Of a stretch of DNA of 64,000 nt, positions 1-11,959 are shown one piece after another; within the stretch, counting starts at the first letter, position 1, and each line of letters opens with the position of its first letter. The notes under the pieces were generated by a model. It did no database searches, had not been told where the DNA came from, and was given only the letters and a program-made list of their open reading frames with translations. Both the position numbers and the translations under genes were made by a program. Origin of the DNA: Ginglymostoma cirratum (taxonomy: Eukaryota); the NCBI GenBank assembly GCA_024137785.1, contig JAHRHZ010000283.1:19123302-19187301 (forward strand), given 5' to 3'.

Positions 1-362
1 TGGTGGTGGGGTCTGATTGCAGATGGCGGAAGTGTCGGAGGATGATGTGTTGGATCCAGAGGTTGGTGGGGTGGTATGTGAGGATGAGGGGGATTCTTTT
101 TTGGTTATTATTGCAGGGACGGGGCGTGAGGGATGTGTTCCGGGAAATGCGGGAGACACGGTCGAGGGCGTTCTCGACCACTGTGGGGGGCAAGTTGCGG
201 TCCTTGAAGAATGAGGACTTTTGAGATGTATGGGAGTGGAATGTCTCATCCTGGGAGCAGATGCGGCGGAGGCGAAGGAATTGGGAATAGGGGATGGCAT
301 TTCTGCAGGAGGGTGGGTGGGAGGAGGTGTATTCCAGTGCAGGAGGGTGGGTGGGAGGAGGT
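1..362 (-). mobile_element. Penelope-like retroelement (PLE), 5'-truncated copy; RT thumb/linker coding region running off the window start
   Basis: Minus-strand frame is open over 1-337 and reads LEYTSSHPPSCRNAIPYSQFLRLRRICSQDETFHSHTSQKSSFFKDRNLPPTVVENALDRV...RIPLILTYHPTNLWIQHIILRHFRHLQSDPTT. The 'Y.S.HP...IPYSQFLRLRRIC' and 'P.LTYHP' motifs are typical of PLE RT C-termini. CpGs are retained, so the copy is young. Confidence 0.88.
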
Positions 363-772
363 CACCTGCCCCCACCCCAGGGCTGCCAGACCAAAGAGTT
401 GTGAACACTGGTTGGCTGGCAGTTTTTGGAAGATGTGCAGTTTTTGAAAGGGATGGCAGCTCACTACAAGATGGCTGAAATATCCAACCAGGAATCCGTT
501 TCCAAAATGTCTAATTAAGTTTTTTAGCTTGTTATGGAGCTCTAATCAAAATCCAATTCCATAATGATTTCAAAGACAGGACTCATGCACCAAATATCAT
601 GCACCAAAGAGGTAGTAGTGTACAGGAACAGCTTCCAATTAAATGGTTCCTTTGTTTCTTTGCTTGTTTTGTCTTTGGCTGTGGAAACCTAGTGTTTCTG
701 TCATCCTGTCGTTCTGTCACCCTATCACAGGGTCTTCTTTTCCTACCCAATCCTTGCTCAAGAAATGTTACC

Positions 773-912
773 CAGTTCTGATGAAAGGTCACAGTCCTGA
801 AACATTAACTTTGCGTCTCTCTTGAAAAAAATGCTGCCTAATCTGTTGGATTTTCCCAGCATTTTCCATTTTGATCTGATGATTTCCGGCATCCAGAAAG
901 CTTTGTTTTTCA
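773..912 (+). mobile_element. Old PLE pLTR 3' fragment (family B-like) beginning at a degenerate hammerhead motif
   Basis: cagttCTGATGAaaggtcacagtcctGAAACATTaact followed by atgctgcc...ttttcccagcat, similar to the family B copies at 38081-38164 and 62766-62897. Confidence 0.6.
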
Positions 913-2499
913 TTTTTATGGTGTATTTTGAATGACAAAGGATCACAAAGGGCATAGCCAGCTAGAGGATTAATAAACAGGCAATGTTTATTTCAGTTGT
1001 TCTAATTGCCTTTTCTTTGGAAAAGACAGGAGGCTGATGTTTCAATACTTACACCTTCTTAGCTTAGTGAGTAACTCAGGACAGGGGAAGTAATGTATGC
1101 ATATATTTTAAATGATGAATTAGTAACAAAGTGCTGTTTATTATTAACTGGTTAAAAAGGCATTGCATAATCAGACTTCAAGGAAGTCAGTAATAATGTG
1201 TTCCACAGCTTTAGTTAGCAGCTGCTTGCCTTTAATCACCAATTTCCTCGTTTTTTTCAAGTTTATGTAAAAATCAAACTGATCTGTTGATTATCAAGAA
1301 CAATTTATCCATCATGTAGGAGGTTTGACTTCAATTATTCCATCATTTCAAAAATTGCTTCTAAACCTTGAATTAGAAATAGTAGGGAGAGTGGAGTGAA
1401 GAAAAACACTTGGATTTAACCAATGGAAAAATATCCATTTTATAGACAGGGCAATCCTCTCAATTTGGCTGCTATGTTGCAACTGATTTGGAGAGATGGC
1501 TGTTTCTCTGCAAGGTCACTTTGCTCTGTATTTTTATGAAGTAATGAGCTAATAATGTTGTTATTTAAATATCACTGAATGGTTTTGCATGAGTCAAAAC
1601 TAGAATGGTTGATTCAAGTTCTTTTTCAGTGAGGGAATTTGAGTTGGAAGTATGCTTATCTTTTGAGGGATCTAAGAGACTATAAGTGATGATTTGGCAT
1701 AACTTTATACTTGTGAATGGATCAGTGCTTAATGGATATGACGTGCTTTCTTCTAAGCCCTCGTACATTTTTTTAAACTCTCATTTTCCTGGAGATGGAC
1801 AATGAAATCTTTTCTTTCTCTTTGCAAAATGCCTCCATGCCCAATCCTTACAACATTTCTGGGGCATAGATCCAGACGCTGTATTTTCCATTCCATAACC
1901 CATCTATAACTCAGATATGAGTCTTCAACATGAGTGACAACAGATTCTCCACCATAGGCTGGGTGAAGCTTGGTCTTTCTAAAGCTGACGCAGAAGAATT
2001 TTCCATAAAGATTAATGACAGGCATCAGATATAGGGGATACGATTGACTTTTCACTCCCTTTAATTCAAGGCCATGCTTGCAAGGAAGTCATCTGAGCAT
2101 AGTGTTTAGGCCTGGGAGAGAGGTTGGACAATATTATATGCATCTTTTGTTGTAGGGCCAAACATGATATTTTTCTTTAAATATAGCAAACATGAATTAT
2201 AAACAGGACCTTACCTCTACTGTGAGGCTACTGGAGAGAACTATCTCCTCACGTCCCAGTGTTGGAAATCTGAAATGAATGTTACTCAAGAGGTCCTCAG
2301 GCCATGCCTGTGGAGAGGGAAACAATTCGTCTCCCAGGTCATTGGAATCTCTAATGTCAGAAATGGAAGGTAACAATCCTTGATTGCACTTAAAATTGGT
2401 TAGGAAATGAAAAGTAGGGGAAAAACAATTCTTTGTGTTTCCTTCAGATTGAATCATGATCCTTACATAAGGTTGGGCCATAAGATTCCCAGCCCCTAA

Positions 2500-2865
2500 G
2501 GGGAGGCAATGGCCTGGTGGTATTATCGCTGGATTGTTAATCCAGAGACCCAGATAACATTCTGTGGACCCGGGTTTGAATCCCGCCACGGCAGATGGTG
2601 GAATTTGAATTCAGTAAAATATCTGGAATTAAGAATCTAATATGATCGTGAACTCATTGTCAGAAAGACAAGTTGTCAGGAAAGACCCATCTGGTGCACT
2701 AATGTCATTTAGAGAAGGAAATTACCATCCCTACTTGGTCTGGCCTACATGTGACTCCATACCCACAGTAATGTGGTTGACTCTGAACTGCCCTCTAGGC
2801 AATTACAGATGGGCAATAAATGCTGTCTGGTCAGCGATACCCTCATCGTGTGAATGAAAAAAAAA
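2500..2865 (+). mobile_element. tRNA-derived SINE (second shark SINE family) with CR1-clade LINE-derived tail
   Basis: Head ggggaggcaatggcctggtggt (A box) and gggtttgaatcccgcc (B box); tail gggcaataaatgctg...gaatgaaaaaaaaa; near-identical copies at 14922 and 17634. Confidence 0.85.
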
Positions 2866-3250
2866 GTTGTTCCAAAAGTGTGACAAAGTTCCCATTGAAC
2901 ATAGATTTCTATGCATCTAACATTCCTGTATCTTATGCACAGAGCATACCCATATCCAGTGAGGAAGGATATCATGCAAGTCTACAGATAATTGTGGAGC
3001 CTGGAGCTCCACCTGCACAACAATGATTCATCATGATCACAAAACCAGAGCTGAGTGTCAATCCGAATTCAAGAGTTCGAGGTTAGATTGCCAGTAACTA
3101 AACATTATGTTTGGTATCCCTTTCACGCTTTGAGGGACGCTGTAAATTGCATTGAACAAGTTTGACTTTTTTTATTATATTGCTTAACTAAATTGGTGAT
3201 TGCAAAGAATTTATCAGTTGATTCTATGTAAGGTTACCCTTCATGAATGC

Positions 3251-4119
3251 TGTTATGACCCAAGTCAGGAGGGGGATGTCAGCTCCCCACTTTTTAACCT
3301 CCTCTCAGTTGAGGGCAACAAATATTTTTACTTCGTTTTAGAATGCAGTTATCATAGGTCAGTTGAAATGTAACTTGCTTGAAAATGAAGGAGCCAGTTA
3401 TCAAGTTTTGTTTGAATGGAAGAGGAATTTTATTACCCGCTAACTCCACGGAAAAAGATGAAAAATTTTACATTGAAGGCACGTGCACGCGCACGCGCAC
3501 GCACACACACACACATGGAAGGGATAATAAAAGTTGCACAGTTTAAAAGGCCTTTGGAATTCTCAAGGTCTTATAACCTTATTTAGTGTTGACTGGGATC
3601 TGCAGCAGTGGTGACATTCATAAATATCTTTTTGAATTCTTGCTTTCTCACTGGCTGCTGTTTTCAGGATGATGAAAGACACATGGACAGAAATTCTTTC
3701 AATCCTTGCTGTTACCAATCTGTGTTCTTTCTCTCAGCTTTCCTGCGCAAAATCTTCTGATAAAATGTAGTTCAGTGCATATTGATGAGCCTGTCTCCAA
3801 AATCTTTCCAAGCAGGCTAATGGGCAGGCAACTCGTTCATTCCTAATATCTGAAATTATCATGTGAATGTGAAGTAAAGCAGGAAATCCCAATTTCTTGA
3901 TGCTGACTCAAATGCCTGATGTCAATCTTTTTGATAAAGTGGTAAATTCGATGCCGATGTCTTTGTTTATTACACAAGTTTCACAAAAGGGGACCTCAGT
4001 CTTAGGTAAAGCGACCACTGCAGCCATTTTAGGCCCATTTTCCTTTTTTACAAACTCCATGAAAGGTCACTGGTCTAACAATGAGCTGATGAGAATTAAC
4101 ATTTGATAGTTCATAACTG
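3251..4119. mobile_element. Putative solo LTR
   Basis: Begins TGTTATGA and ends TCATAAC(t), an inverted terminal pair of the TG...CA type; internal (GCAC/CA)n tract; no coding capacity; no clear TSD. Confidence 0.45.
3479..3517. repeat. Alternating purine-pyrimidine microsatellite (GCAC/GC/CA)n
   Basis: gcacgtgcacgcgcacgcgcacgcacacacacacacatg, 39 nt of strict R/Y alternation. Confidence 0.9.
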
Positions 4120-4605
4120 CTGCAGTCATAAGAACTCATATCTATGACTTTAGGTTCACAAACTAAATTCTGTTTGTTTTCCAATCTTGTTTCAATTGCA
4201 AGAATATCACCTGACTGTGTCTCTTCTCAACAATATGCTGGGTAAAAAGATAAGATCACTTTAAGCTGGTCTGATGTTGGTGTGTTTCAGTTCACTTAGA
4301 GTTGCTGAGATGACATGCACTTTTACATGCATGTCGTAGTCTGGACCATTGAGTAGTGACGATAGAGGCTCTGATGCTCTTTCCACCACCTGGCTGACCG
4401 GAAATCACTCCTGCTCTGACAACCCCTACTGTTGTGTGCTTGAAGGATTTCTACATTGATATTCAACCTGTTCAGCCATGTCATGAGTATATCTTCCTTT
4501 GCCATCAAGTTCTGGACTGGCATTGTAACCTACAGCTTCTGGATCAGACCATTGGTCCACAAAGTCTCCTTCAAGTGTTACAACCTAGCTTTCCTCCAAT
4601 AGCAG

Positions 4606-4690
4606 AGATAAAAGGTACTGCAGATGCTGGAGAATCCGAGATAACAAGCATGGGGCTGGATGAACACAGCAGGTCAAGCAGCATCATAGG
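4606..4690 (-). mobile_element. PLE family A 3'-end insertion (85 bp) with 14 bp TSD
   Basis: agataaaaggtactgcagatgctggagaatcc...gcatcatagg; flanked by tcctccaatagcag at 4592-4605 and 4691-4704. Confidence 0.9.
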
Positions 4691-5224
4691 TCCTCCAATA
4701 GCAGGTTGGTGAATAATCCCAGAAGAATCTGCCTCAATAATTGTAACGTTGATGAAGTATTCCATTAAAGATAAAGCATACATGATGCATTGAGAGTAAG
4801 AAGAGTTTTCTGTGAGTGGACACAGAAGGCAGCAGTTATGAAAAAATGCCGCCAAGTGAATGTTCAAAGCTTAGTTTAAGTGAAGAAATTAAGGTTATGT
4901 CAAATTAGTGATGATTTGATTAAACCTTTTGTCAAACAAAGGCCTCCAAATGGGAATTTATGAATAAATTATTTGCAGATCATGCACTTGTCAGAGATAC
5001 AATTCTTAATGAGTCTGAAGTGGCACTTGGCCCAGGCGATTAGTTTCTATTGTTCCATCACCCTGTGCTACAGACTGTCCCAATGTTGGGGGTGTATTTT
5101 TATGTATTTGATATCGAGGGAACTTTTGTGGAGTTGACTGATACCTTAAGAATTTAAAATAGCTTTTAAAATGTTTGTCCGCTTTCTGAGGGATTGCTTA
5201 GTCTGTGATTAATGTAAATACCAG

Positions 5225-5430
5225 AGCTTGAACTGTTGTTTCAATAGTAGAGCTCTCACCTTTGAATCAATAGTTTGTGGGTTCCCCACCCCCACACCCA
5301 CACACAGGCTGTAGCACAAAATCTGAATGCTGTTGTGCTGGAGGTGTCATTTCTCAGGTGATACATGAAATTAACATTGATGTAAAAAATTCCATATTTT
5401 GAAAATGAACTGATTAGTTGTACCTGGTGG
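5225..5430 (+). mobile_element. Degenerate head of a Deu-domain SINE (SacSINE1-like)
   Basis: ctctcacctttgaatca...gtgggttcc...gctgttgtgctggaggtgtcatttctcagg; resembles the copy at 20260-20520. Confidence 0.45.
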
Positions 5431-6100
5431 TGTAGGAATGAGCAAAAATCCCAGTCATTTAGAATACTGGACCAAAACCCCTGGATTTTTAACAGAACTT
5501 TTTAAAACAAAAAGAAAGGCAGCTGGGCTATGGTCTGGAATACACAATCATGGGGATAGCTGTCTGGAGCCATGGTTCAGTTAGAAATCCTACTCACGCC
5601 TCAGCACTAAAGGAACAAAGAACCAGACCTAAGGCAACAACTTCAGACATTTTGGACTCTTAAGAGGTATCAAGGCATTCAACTTCAATTAGTATTCATT
5701 CACAGAAATACTGGACATTCCACTTAATCAAAACACATTTACACCTACTCTAAATGATCAGGAAGCAAATTCACCACAAAAGGGACAACAGAAACACAAT
5801 GGATAACACAGATTTGAGAGGTGATAATGGAGCACACAGTCTGCATAACTGCTAGCCCTGATCTTAGAGAGAGAGCCATCTCTGCAGCTACCTTCAGAAA
5901 AGGGATCCCAAACAGCTACTCTCCCTGAGAACTATCTGCACAGTTATCTCCCTGAAACCTCCCGACACAGGGCTGTCCCGTACCAGGGGAACCAACGGCA
6001 AACGACCTCCGAAAACCACCAACCTGACTGACAAGGCCTCAGACACATCTTGAGGTGAACACCAGCTCATAAAACCACCACAAAGTAAGAAAATTGTTAC

Positions 6101-6439
6101 AGAGATAATAGGAACTGCTGATGCTGGAGAATCTGAGATAACAAGGTGTAGAGCTGGATGTACACTGCAGGCCAAGCAGCATCAGAGGAGCAGGAAAGCT
6201 GACGTTTCGGGCCTAGACCCTTCTTCAGAAATGGGGGAGGGGAAGGGAATTCTGAAATAAATGGGAGAGAGGGAGAGGCGGATAGAAGATGGATAAAGGA
6301 TCCTGCTCCCTTGACCTGTCTGTCCTCCCTGGATCGACCTATCCCCTCCCTAACTCCCCACCTACACTCACCTTTATTGGCTCCATCCCCGCCTCTTTGA
6401 CCTGTCTGTCTCCTCTCCACCTATCTTCTCCTTTATCCA
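6101..6439 (-). mobile_element. PLE family A insertion with 5' inversion (twin-priming-like)
   Basis: 6101-6300 is the 3' end on the minus strand. 6301-6439 is the adjacent upstream segment in opposite orientation and overlaps it by tcctttatcca. Both match the 3' UTR at 38460-38740. Confidence 0.88.
6201..6228 (-). ncRNA. Minimal hammerhead ribozyme motif (PLE family A)
   Basis: Reverse complement CUGAAGA-A-GGGUCUAGGCCC-GAAACGUC: intact core, GGG/CCC stem II, palindromic ACGU stem III, GUC cleavage triplet. Confidence 0.7.
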
Positions 6440-7024
6440 CAAAGTATTGTCACAACGTAAGAAAACCCAAGTTCTCAAACCAGACTGAACACCATCTGAA
6501 GTCTTAAGTGAAGCATTGGCTACAGCAAAGTGGGAACTGCCAGCTGTATTTCAAAGTCATGTTTATCTCCAGTGGTGATCCTATTTCCTCGGGACCCAAA
6601 GTATCCAACCTAGCTGGCAGGGAGGGGAAGGTGGGTTGGTGACAGGGTAGGGTACCTCAAGGCCAGGAAATCTGATTAAAATGTCTGTGTTTTGAAACTA
6701 CTGTTTAGTTTCTAATGGTAATTAGCCCGTGTTAAGTTAATGACTGATTAGTGTCAGTTTCACTGTGATGAATTTGACTTGTTAACTCTTGTAGTTTTAT
6801 TCACCCTTGTTTTATTTCCCTTTTTATTACTTTTGACTTTTCTTGTGATATACTCACCTTTGCATTTAATAAATGCAGAAATTCTTTGCCTTGAAACACC
6901 TGCCTACTGCCTTCTTCACTTCACATTCCTAAATTACGTCCAGTGACAGAACCAGGGATCTGGGGTGATCTGAACCGCCTAAAAATCAGCCGATCACTGA
7001 TCGCAAACCAGAATCCCTACAATG

Positions 7025-7240
7025 CAAAAACAGAAATTGCTGGAAAAGCTCAGCAGGTCTGGTAGCATCTGTAAAGAGAAATCAGGGTTAACGTTTCCAT
7101 TTGAGTTCTGAGGAAGGCTCACTCAATCCAAAACACTTGCTCTGGTTTCACTCCACAGATGCTGCCAGACCTGCTGAGCTTTTCCAGCAATTTCTGTTTT
7201 TATTTCTGATTTACAACATCTGCAGTTCTTTCGGTTTTTA
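7025..7240 (+). mobile_element. PLE family B fold-back (hairpin) insertion
   Basis: aaaaacagaaattgctggaaaagctcagcaggtctgg... is inverted against ...ccagacctgctgagcttttccagcaatttctgttttt; degenerate ctgagga...aaaac hammerhead at the centre; ~35 nt extra 3' tail. Confidence 0.85.
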
Positions 7241-7469
7241 CTTTTTTTGTACGGGGACATTACACTTTTCCTTATTCCTAGGCTAACTGTGCAGTGTGTG
7301 ATGCATCAAAATGAACTCTAGTCATAATTGTTCTGTTCAAATATGTAGAATAGATTGGACCAGAATAGTAACAAAACAAGGGTATTCTATGTAGAAAGAA
7401 GAGTTTTCATTTTAAAGCTTCTGTTTATCACATCAGAACATCTTAAAGGTTTGACAGCCAATGATTTTC

Positions 7470-7620
7470 ATTTAGTTGTCCCTGGTGTCCTGGCAAATAT
7501 TTATTCCTCAACCAGTATCACTGAAACTATTTACCTAGTCATTATCACATTGCTATTCATTGGATCTTGCTGTGCAAATACTGGCTGCTGTGTTTTCTTC
7601 TTCACAGCAGTGACTATACA
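7470..7620 (+). mobile_element. Deu-domain SINE core (SacSINE1/AmnSINE1-like)
   Basis: ctggtgtcctggcaaatatttattcctcaaccagtatcact...gtcattatcacattgct...cttgctgtgcaaatactggctgc matches the Deu core as I recall it. Confidence 0.7.
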
Positions 7621-7890
7621 TTTTTTTTTTATTTATTCACAGGATGTGAATGTCACTGGCCAGACTGACATTTATTGCCCATTCCTAATTGCCCAGCAGT
7701 CAACCACATTGCCCTGGGTCTGGAATTACGTTTAGGCCACCAGACCAGGTAAGGATGGCATTTTACTTTCCCTAAAAGACAAAGTGAACCAGATGGGTTC
7801 AACTATTCAGCATTGGTTTTATGGTCATCATTAGATACTTAATTCCAGAATTTTATTGAATTCAAATTCCACCAATTGCCATGATAAAAT
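7621..7890 (-). mobile_element. tRNA-derived SINE (same family as 2500-2865), partial
   Basis: Poly-T, then atttattgcccattcctaattgccc...cagaccaggtaaggatggca...ttgaattcaaattccacca; reverse complement of the family. Confidence 0.8.
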
Positions 7891-7899
7891 GGTCTCGGC

Positions 7900-8520
7900 G
7901 CCAACGTTTTTTGGATATCTTTTCCTTCCACAATGCCCTATGCTGCTACATCTCCTGCTTCCAATGTTGCTGCTTGTTTTCGAAATGTCATCTAACATGA
8001 GTTCACCATCTCTTCCTAGCAGCATTCACCTCAACCTCTCTGACACTTTGGATCAATTGATCCATTGTCCGCTTATTCAAATTTGTAACAACATAATCAC
8101 AACTATCAGAAGCTTGCCTCAAGCAAATTGCAAATTGAGCTCCTGCTTCGCGCTCTTTCTGTTTCATCTGATAAAGCACATGCCTTTGGAATGGGGAATT
8201 TGATGTCATAACTGAATGGTATTTCAGATATCTCACTGCACATTCATAACCTGCCAGATATCCTGTGTGAGGTCATTGTCTTGAAAGTATCACTTACCAA
8301 AGCACCTACATTGAACAGTAATAAGGCTCGTTGCTTTCTGTGCTGTGTTAATCCAATCCAAAATCAAGCCATGACTATCAATAAATGCTTCATACTCCTC
8401 GAACCACACTTTACAATTCATAATGATGATACTGCCATCACTGATGAGAGAGGGAAAGGTTTAATTGCCCTCATCTCAGACAAATCAGCTCCAGCAAATT
8501 TCAGGCCACAATCCAAAATG
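7900..8520 (-). mobile_element. Decayed Gypsy/Ty3 LTR-retrotransposon gag fragment
   Basis: Minus translation with frameshifts: KVWFEEYEAFIDSHGLI...RALLLFNVGALVSDTFKTM...FQRHVLYQMKQKEREAGAQFAICLRQASDSCDY...TMDQLI; resembles metazoan Gypsy gag. Confidence 0.6.
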
Positions 8521-8840
8521 TTTCCGTATTTACCTTTATAAATGTATTTTTCTTTCTTTGCTGACAATCTCATAGCTGAGGTGGAAAGCATTCAATTGAA
8601 GACCCAATTTAACATAGATTGAAAGATTTAATGAATGTTGCTTCCTAACTCATTGCTTTTCCTTGTGCTTTTTGACTATGTATAATACCCAGAGAACTTA
8701 GTTTCTGTTTCAAGTAATGTGTATCATCTAATGTTCAAACCGTTGTCATGGACACTGTTGTGCCTAACTGTTTTTCTTGTGCCTCCTTTAATTGTGTTGT
8801 ATCTTGTATAAGTGGGCAGGATGTCAAAATTATGACAATG

Positions 8841-10275
8841 ACCACAGAAAGGGTAGGGCCGATCAAGGATTGTAAAGGGAGTTTGTGCATGGACCCTAAA
8901 GAGATAGGAGAGGTCCTTAATGAATACTTTTCTTCGATATTCACAACTGAGAGGGACCTAATTGTAGAGGAGGACAGTGTGAAACAGACTGGTAGACTAG
9001 AGGAGGTCGAAGTTAGTAAGGAAGATATACTTGGAATTTTGAGGAATTTGAAGATAGGTAAGTCCCCCGGGCCTGATGGGATTTATCCAAGGATTCTATG
9101 GGAAGCGAGGGAAGAGATCATAGGGCCTTTGGCGATGATCTTTTCATCCTCGCTGTCCACGGGTATAGTGGCAGAAGATTAGAGAGAGGCAAATGTCATT
9201 CCCTTGTTCAAAAAAGGGAATAGGGATAACCCCAGAAATTACAGACCAGTTAGTCTTATGTCAGCGATGAGCAAATTATTGGAAAGGGCTATGAGAGATA
9301 GGATTTATGACCACTTGGATAGGAACAGTTTGATTCGTGATAGTCAGCATGGATTTGTGAGGGGTAGATCATGCCTCATAAACCTTACTGAATTCTTTGA
9401 AGAGGTGACCAAACATGTGGATGAAGGTAGAGCAGTGGATGTGGTTTACATGGATTTAAGTAAGGCGTTTGATAAGGTTCCCCATGGTAGGATCATGCAG
9501 AAGGTAAGGAGGCAAGGGATGGGGGGAATGTGGCAGATTGGATTCAGAATTGGCTGCCCCTTAGAAGAGAAAGGGTGGTAGTGGACGGAAAATAATCAAC
9601 ATTGAGCTCAGTTACGAGTGGTGTACCACAAGGATCAGTTCTGGGTCCTCTCCTGTTTGTGAGATCTTTTTAAATGATTTGGATGTAGGAGTGGAAGGGT
9701 GGATTAGTAAGTTTGCGGATGATACAAAGGTGGGTCGAGTTGTGGATAGTGCGGAGGGCTGTTCTAGGTTACAAAGGGACATTGATACGATGCAGAGCTG
9801 GGATGAGAAGTAGCAGATGGAGTTTAACCCTGAAAAGCGTGAGGTGATTCATTTGGAAGGACAAATTTGAAAGCAGAATACAGGGTTAACGGACAGATTC
9901 TTGGCAGTGTGGAGGAGCAGAGGGACCTTGGGGTTCATGTCCACAGTTCCCTGAAAGCTGCCACCCAGGTGGATAGAGTTGTTAAGAAGGCATATGGTGT
10001 GTTAGCTTTGATTAATAGAGGGATTGAGTTCAAAAGCTGTGAAGTTATGCCCCAGCTATACAAAAGCCTGGTTCACCTGGAGTATTGTGTCCAGTTCTGG
10101 TTGCGTCATTGCAGGGAAGATGTGGAAGCGTTGGAAAAGGTGCAGAGGAGATTTACCAGGATGTTGCCTGGAATGGAGGGAAGGTTGAGACAGCTAGGGC
10201 TTTTCTCTTTAGAACGACGTAGGATGAGAAGGGCCTGTTCTGTGTGCTGCGTGCTCTGTGCTGTGTTCTATTGTG
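8841..10275 (+). mobile_element. CR1-clade LINE (HER1-like) ORF2 reverse transcriptase, 5'-truncated and disrupted
   Basis: ORF track and sequence show KSPGPDGIYPRIL, NYRPVSL, QHGFVRGRSCL, VDVVYMDLSKAFDKVPH, SGVPQGSVLGP, FADDTK, HLEYCVQFW, with stops and frameshifts. Confidence 0.95.
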
Positions 10276-10489
10276 TAGCTCCATGGTTCAGTGATGTGTC
10301 GGTCATTGCTAAATAGTTGGACATATGTGGATGCAGTGAAGGAGTGATTGTCAAGCTAGCAACAATGGAAAGGTGTGTGAGGGTGCGGTGAAGTCAGAAT
10401 CCTGACTGTTCGGGACTGCTCATGTGTGAGTGATGAGGTTGCAGTTATGTTGAACAGTGTTGGTGGTAGCTGGTGTGGTTATGAGATTT

Positions 10490-10715
10490 CTTTTTAGGAT
10501 GCATTAACTGCCTGTGTGAGGTCATTAAATCCTGCTCCCAAAGTCTTGATGCCAGACTCCCATTGCAGTGCCCTCTGATTCCCAGTCCCTTTAGAGGCTT
10601 TCATTGGTGACCACCCTGTCTCCATGGAAACATGGTCTCTCTCCTGTCAACCTCCATGGCCAAGGTCCCTATAGCAGTGTCTGAGAATCTCCTCCCTCTG
10701 TCCTAGTGTTCCATT
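10490..10715 (-). mobile_element. Decayed PIF/Harbinger Myb/SANT-like gene fragment
   Basis: Minus translation MEH*DRGRRFSDTAIGTLAMEVDRRETMFP...FNDLTQAV resembles the 'RFSD..LE.LV.EV..R...LFP...FNDL' Myb/SANT domain of Harbinger transposons. Confidence 0.5.
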
Positions 10716-11959
10716 TTCTTTTTTCCAGCAATAACTTCAGCCAGAACTTCTTTTCACCAATGCACTTTACTTCTCCAGGTCAGAATTGCTAGAACACTTG
10801 TTAACTTGGCACACTGACTGTCCTCTTTATTGAGATTATAGCCAACCAGCAGTGTGGGTCAGACTTGGCTGCACCTTACAATAACTTTTCTAATGGGTAG
10901 TCAACAAGAGGGATTGCATGCTTCCTGTCTCAACAAGACTAGGCCTGGACGGATCATAACTCACCACCACTTTGTGCAAAAATGGGTAGTTACCAAGTTT
11001 TACTTGCTTATGAAGCATTTTAACAGATGTCTGTTTCTATCAACAATATGTTTTTGATCTAAATTCAAAAAAGTATGTTCTGTGATTTTTTTTTGTTTTT
11101 CATACAATCTATCCTTTGCAGAATCTCTCATTGAGGCTGATGATGGTGTTAGAATGGGGGCATTTTTACTTGTATGCTCAAGTACATGATGGACCCCACA
11201 TTGAGGCTACTTAAGATTTATTTCAGATGGCGAAGATGGGAGAATTTCATTCCATTCCTCTGGGCTGCAGTGTTTGCTTAGCCCATTGGACCACCTAATG
11301 TCCAACGTGATAATTTGCAAATTTTCTTTACTCCTTATTACTCGTTCGGAATGTGTAATTCATCCTCAGAGCGGCATTTCATTGTCTGTTTGTTTATTTT
11401 TCTGATGGACTGTTGATTCAGAATTGGTTTCTAACCTAAATAAATTTTTCATTAAGGAATGCTGATTAGGCATTTGGCATACTCGAGTTGAAGACGTTAC
11501 ATATTAACGTGGAGAATATGATGACGTAAAGAGGCATTTTCATGTAATACCTGCCAATAAAATCGAATGTTTTTCAAAGAATTCCTGACCACACAGTCTT
11601 ATTACAATGTTGCTACCCGTACATTCAATGGAACAGTGGGCACTTTCATTATCTTGAAGAGGGCAATGCAGAGAATGTTTTGGTGTTTCACCATTGTGAA
11701 GAATGTTATATTTTGATGATTTTCTAATCCAGATAAAGCAGCCGTTACCGTGTGCAAGTACATCCATGGACAACAATCAAGAGTAAGTATGGTAACTTGA
11801 TATAATTGGATGATCCACCAAAGTATAATGGGGCAGAAGCTTGTCCAATAGTTAAGGTGCAGAGCTCAGTGGTTGTAGGTATTGAAGGTTCTGTATTTAA
11901 CCGGAGTGGATGGCTAGTCATCTTTGCAGTCATGATTGAGAACCATGAAAGGTGAGTTG

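Larger units (their letters stand above)
5431..7021 (+). mobile_element. Putative solo LTR (ERV/Gypsy-like), interrupted by a PLE insertion
   Basis: Starts TGTAGGAAT and ends ATCCCTACA (inverted termini); AATAAA near 6868 followed by a U5-like tail; TSD not resolved. Confidence 0.5.

Noticed and set aside
2943-3081. Possible exon after cttatgcacag
   Set aside because: All three frames from this acceptor hit stops and no recognisable peptide results
8748-10316. RT-like ORFs as a functional gene
   Set aside because: 5'-truncated CR1 with stops and frameshifts
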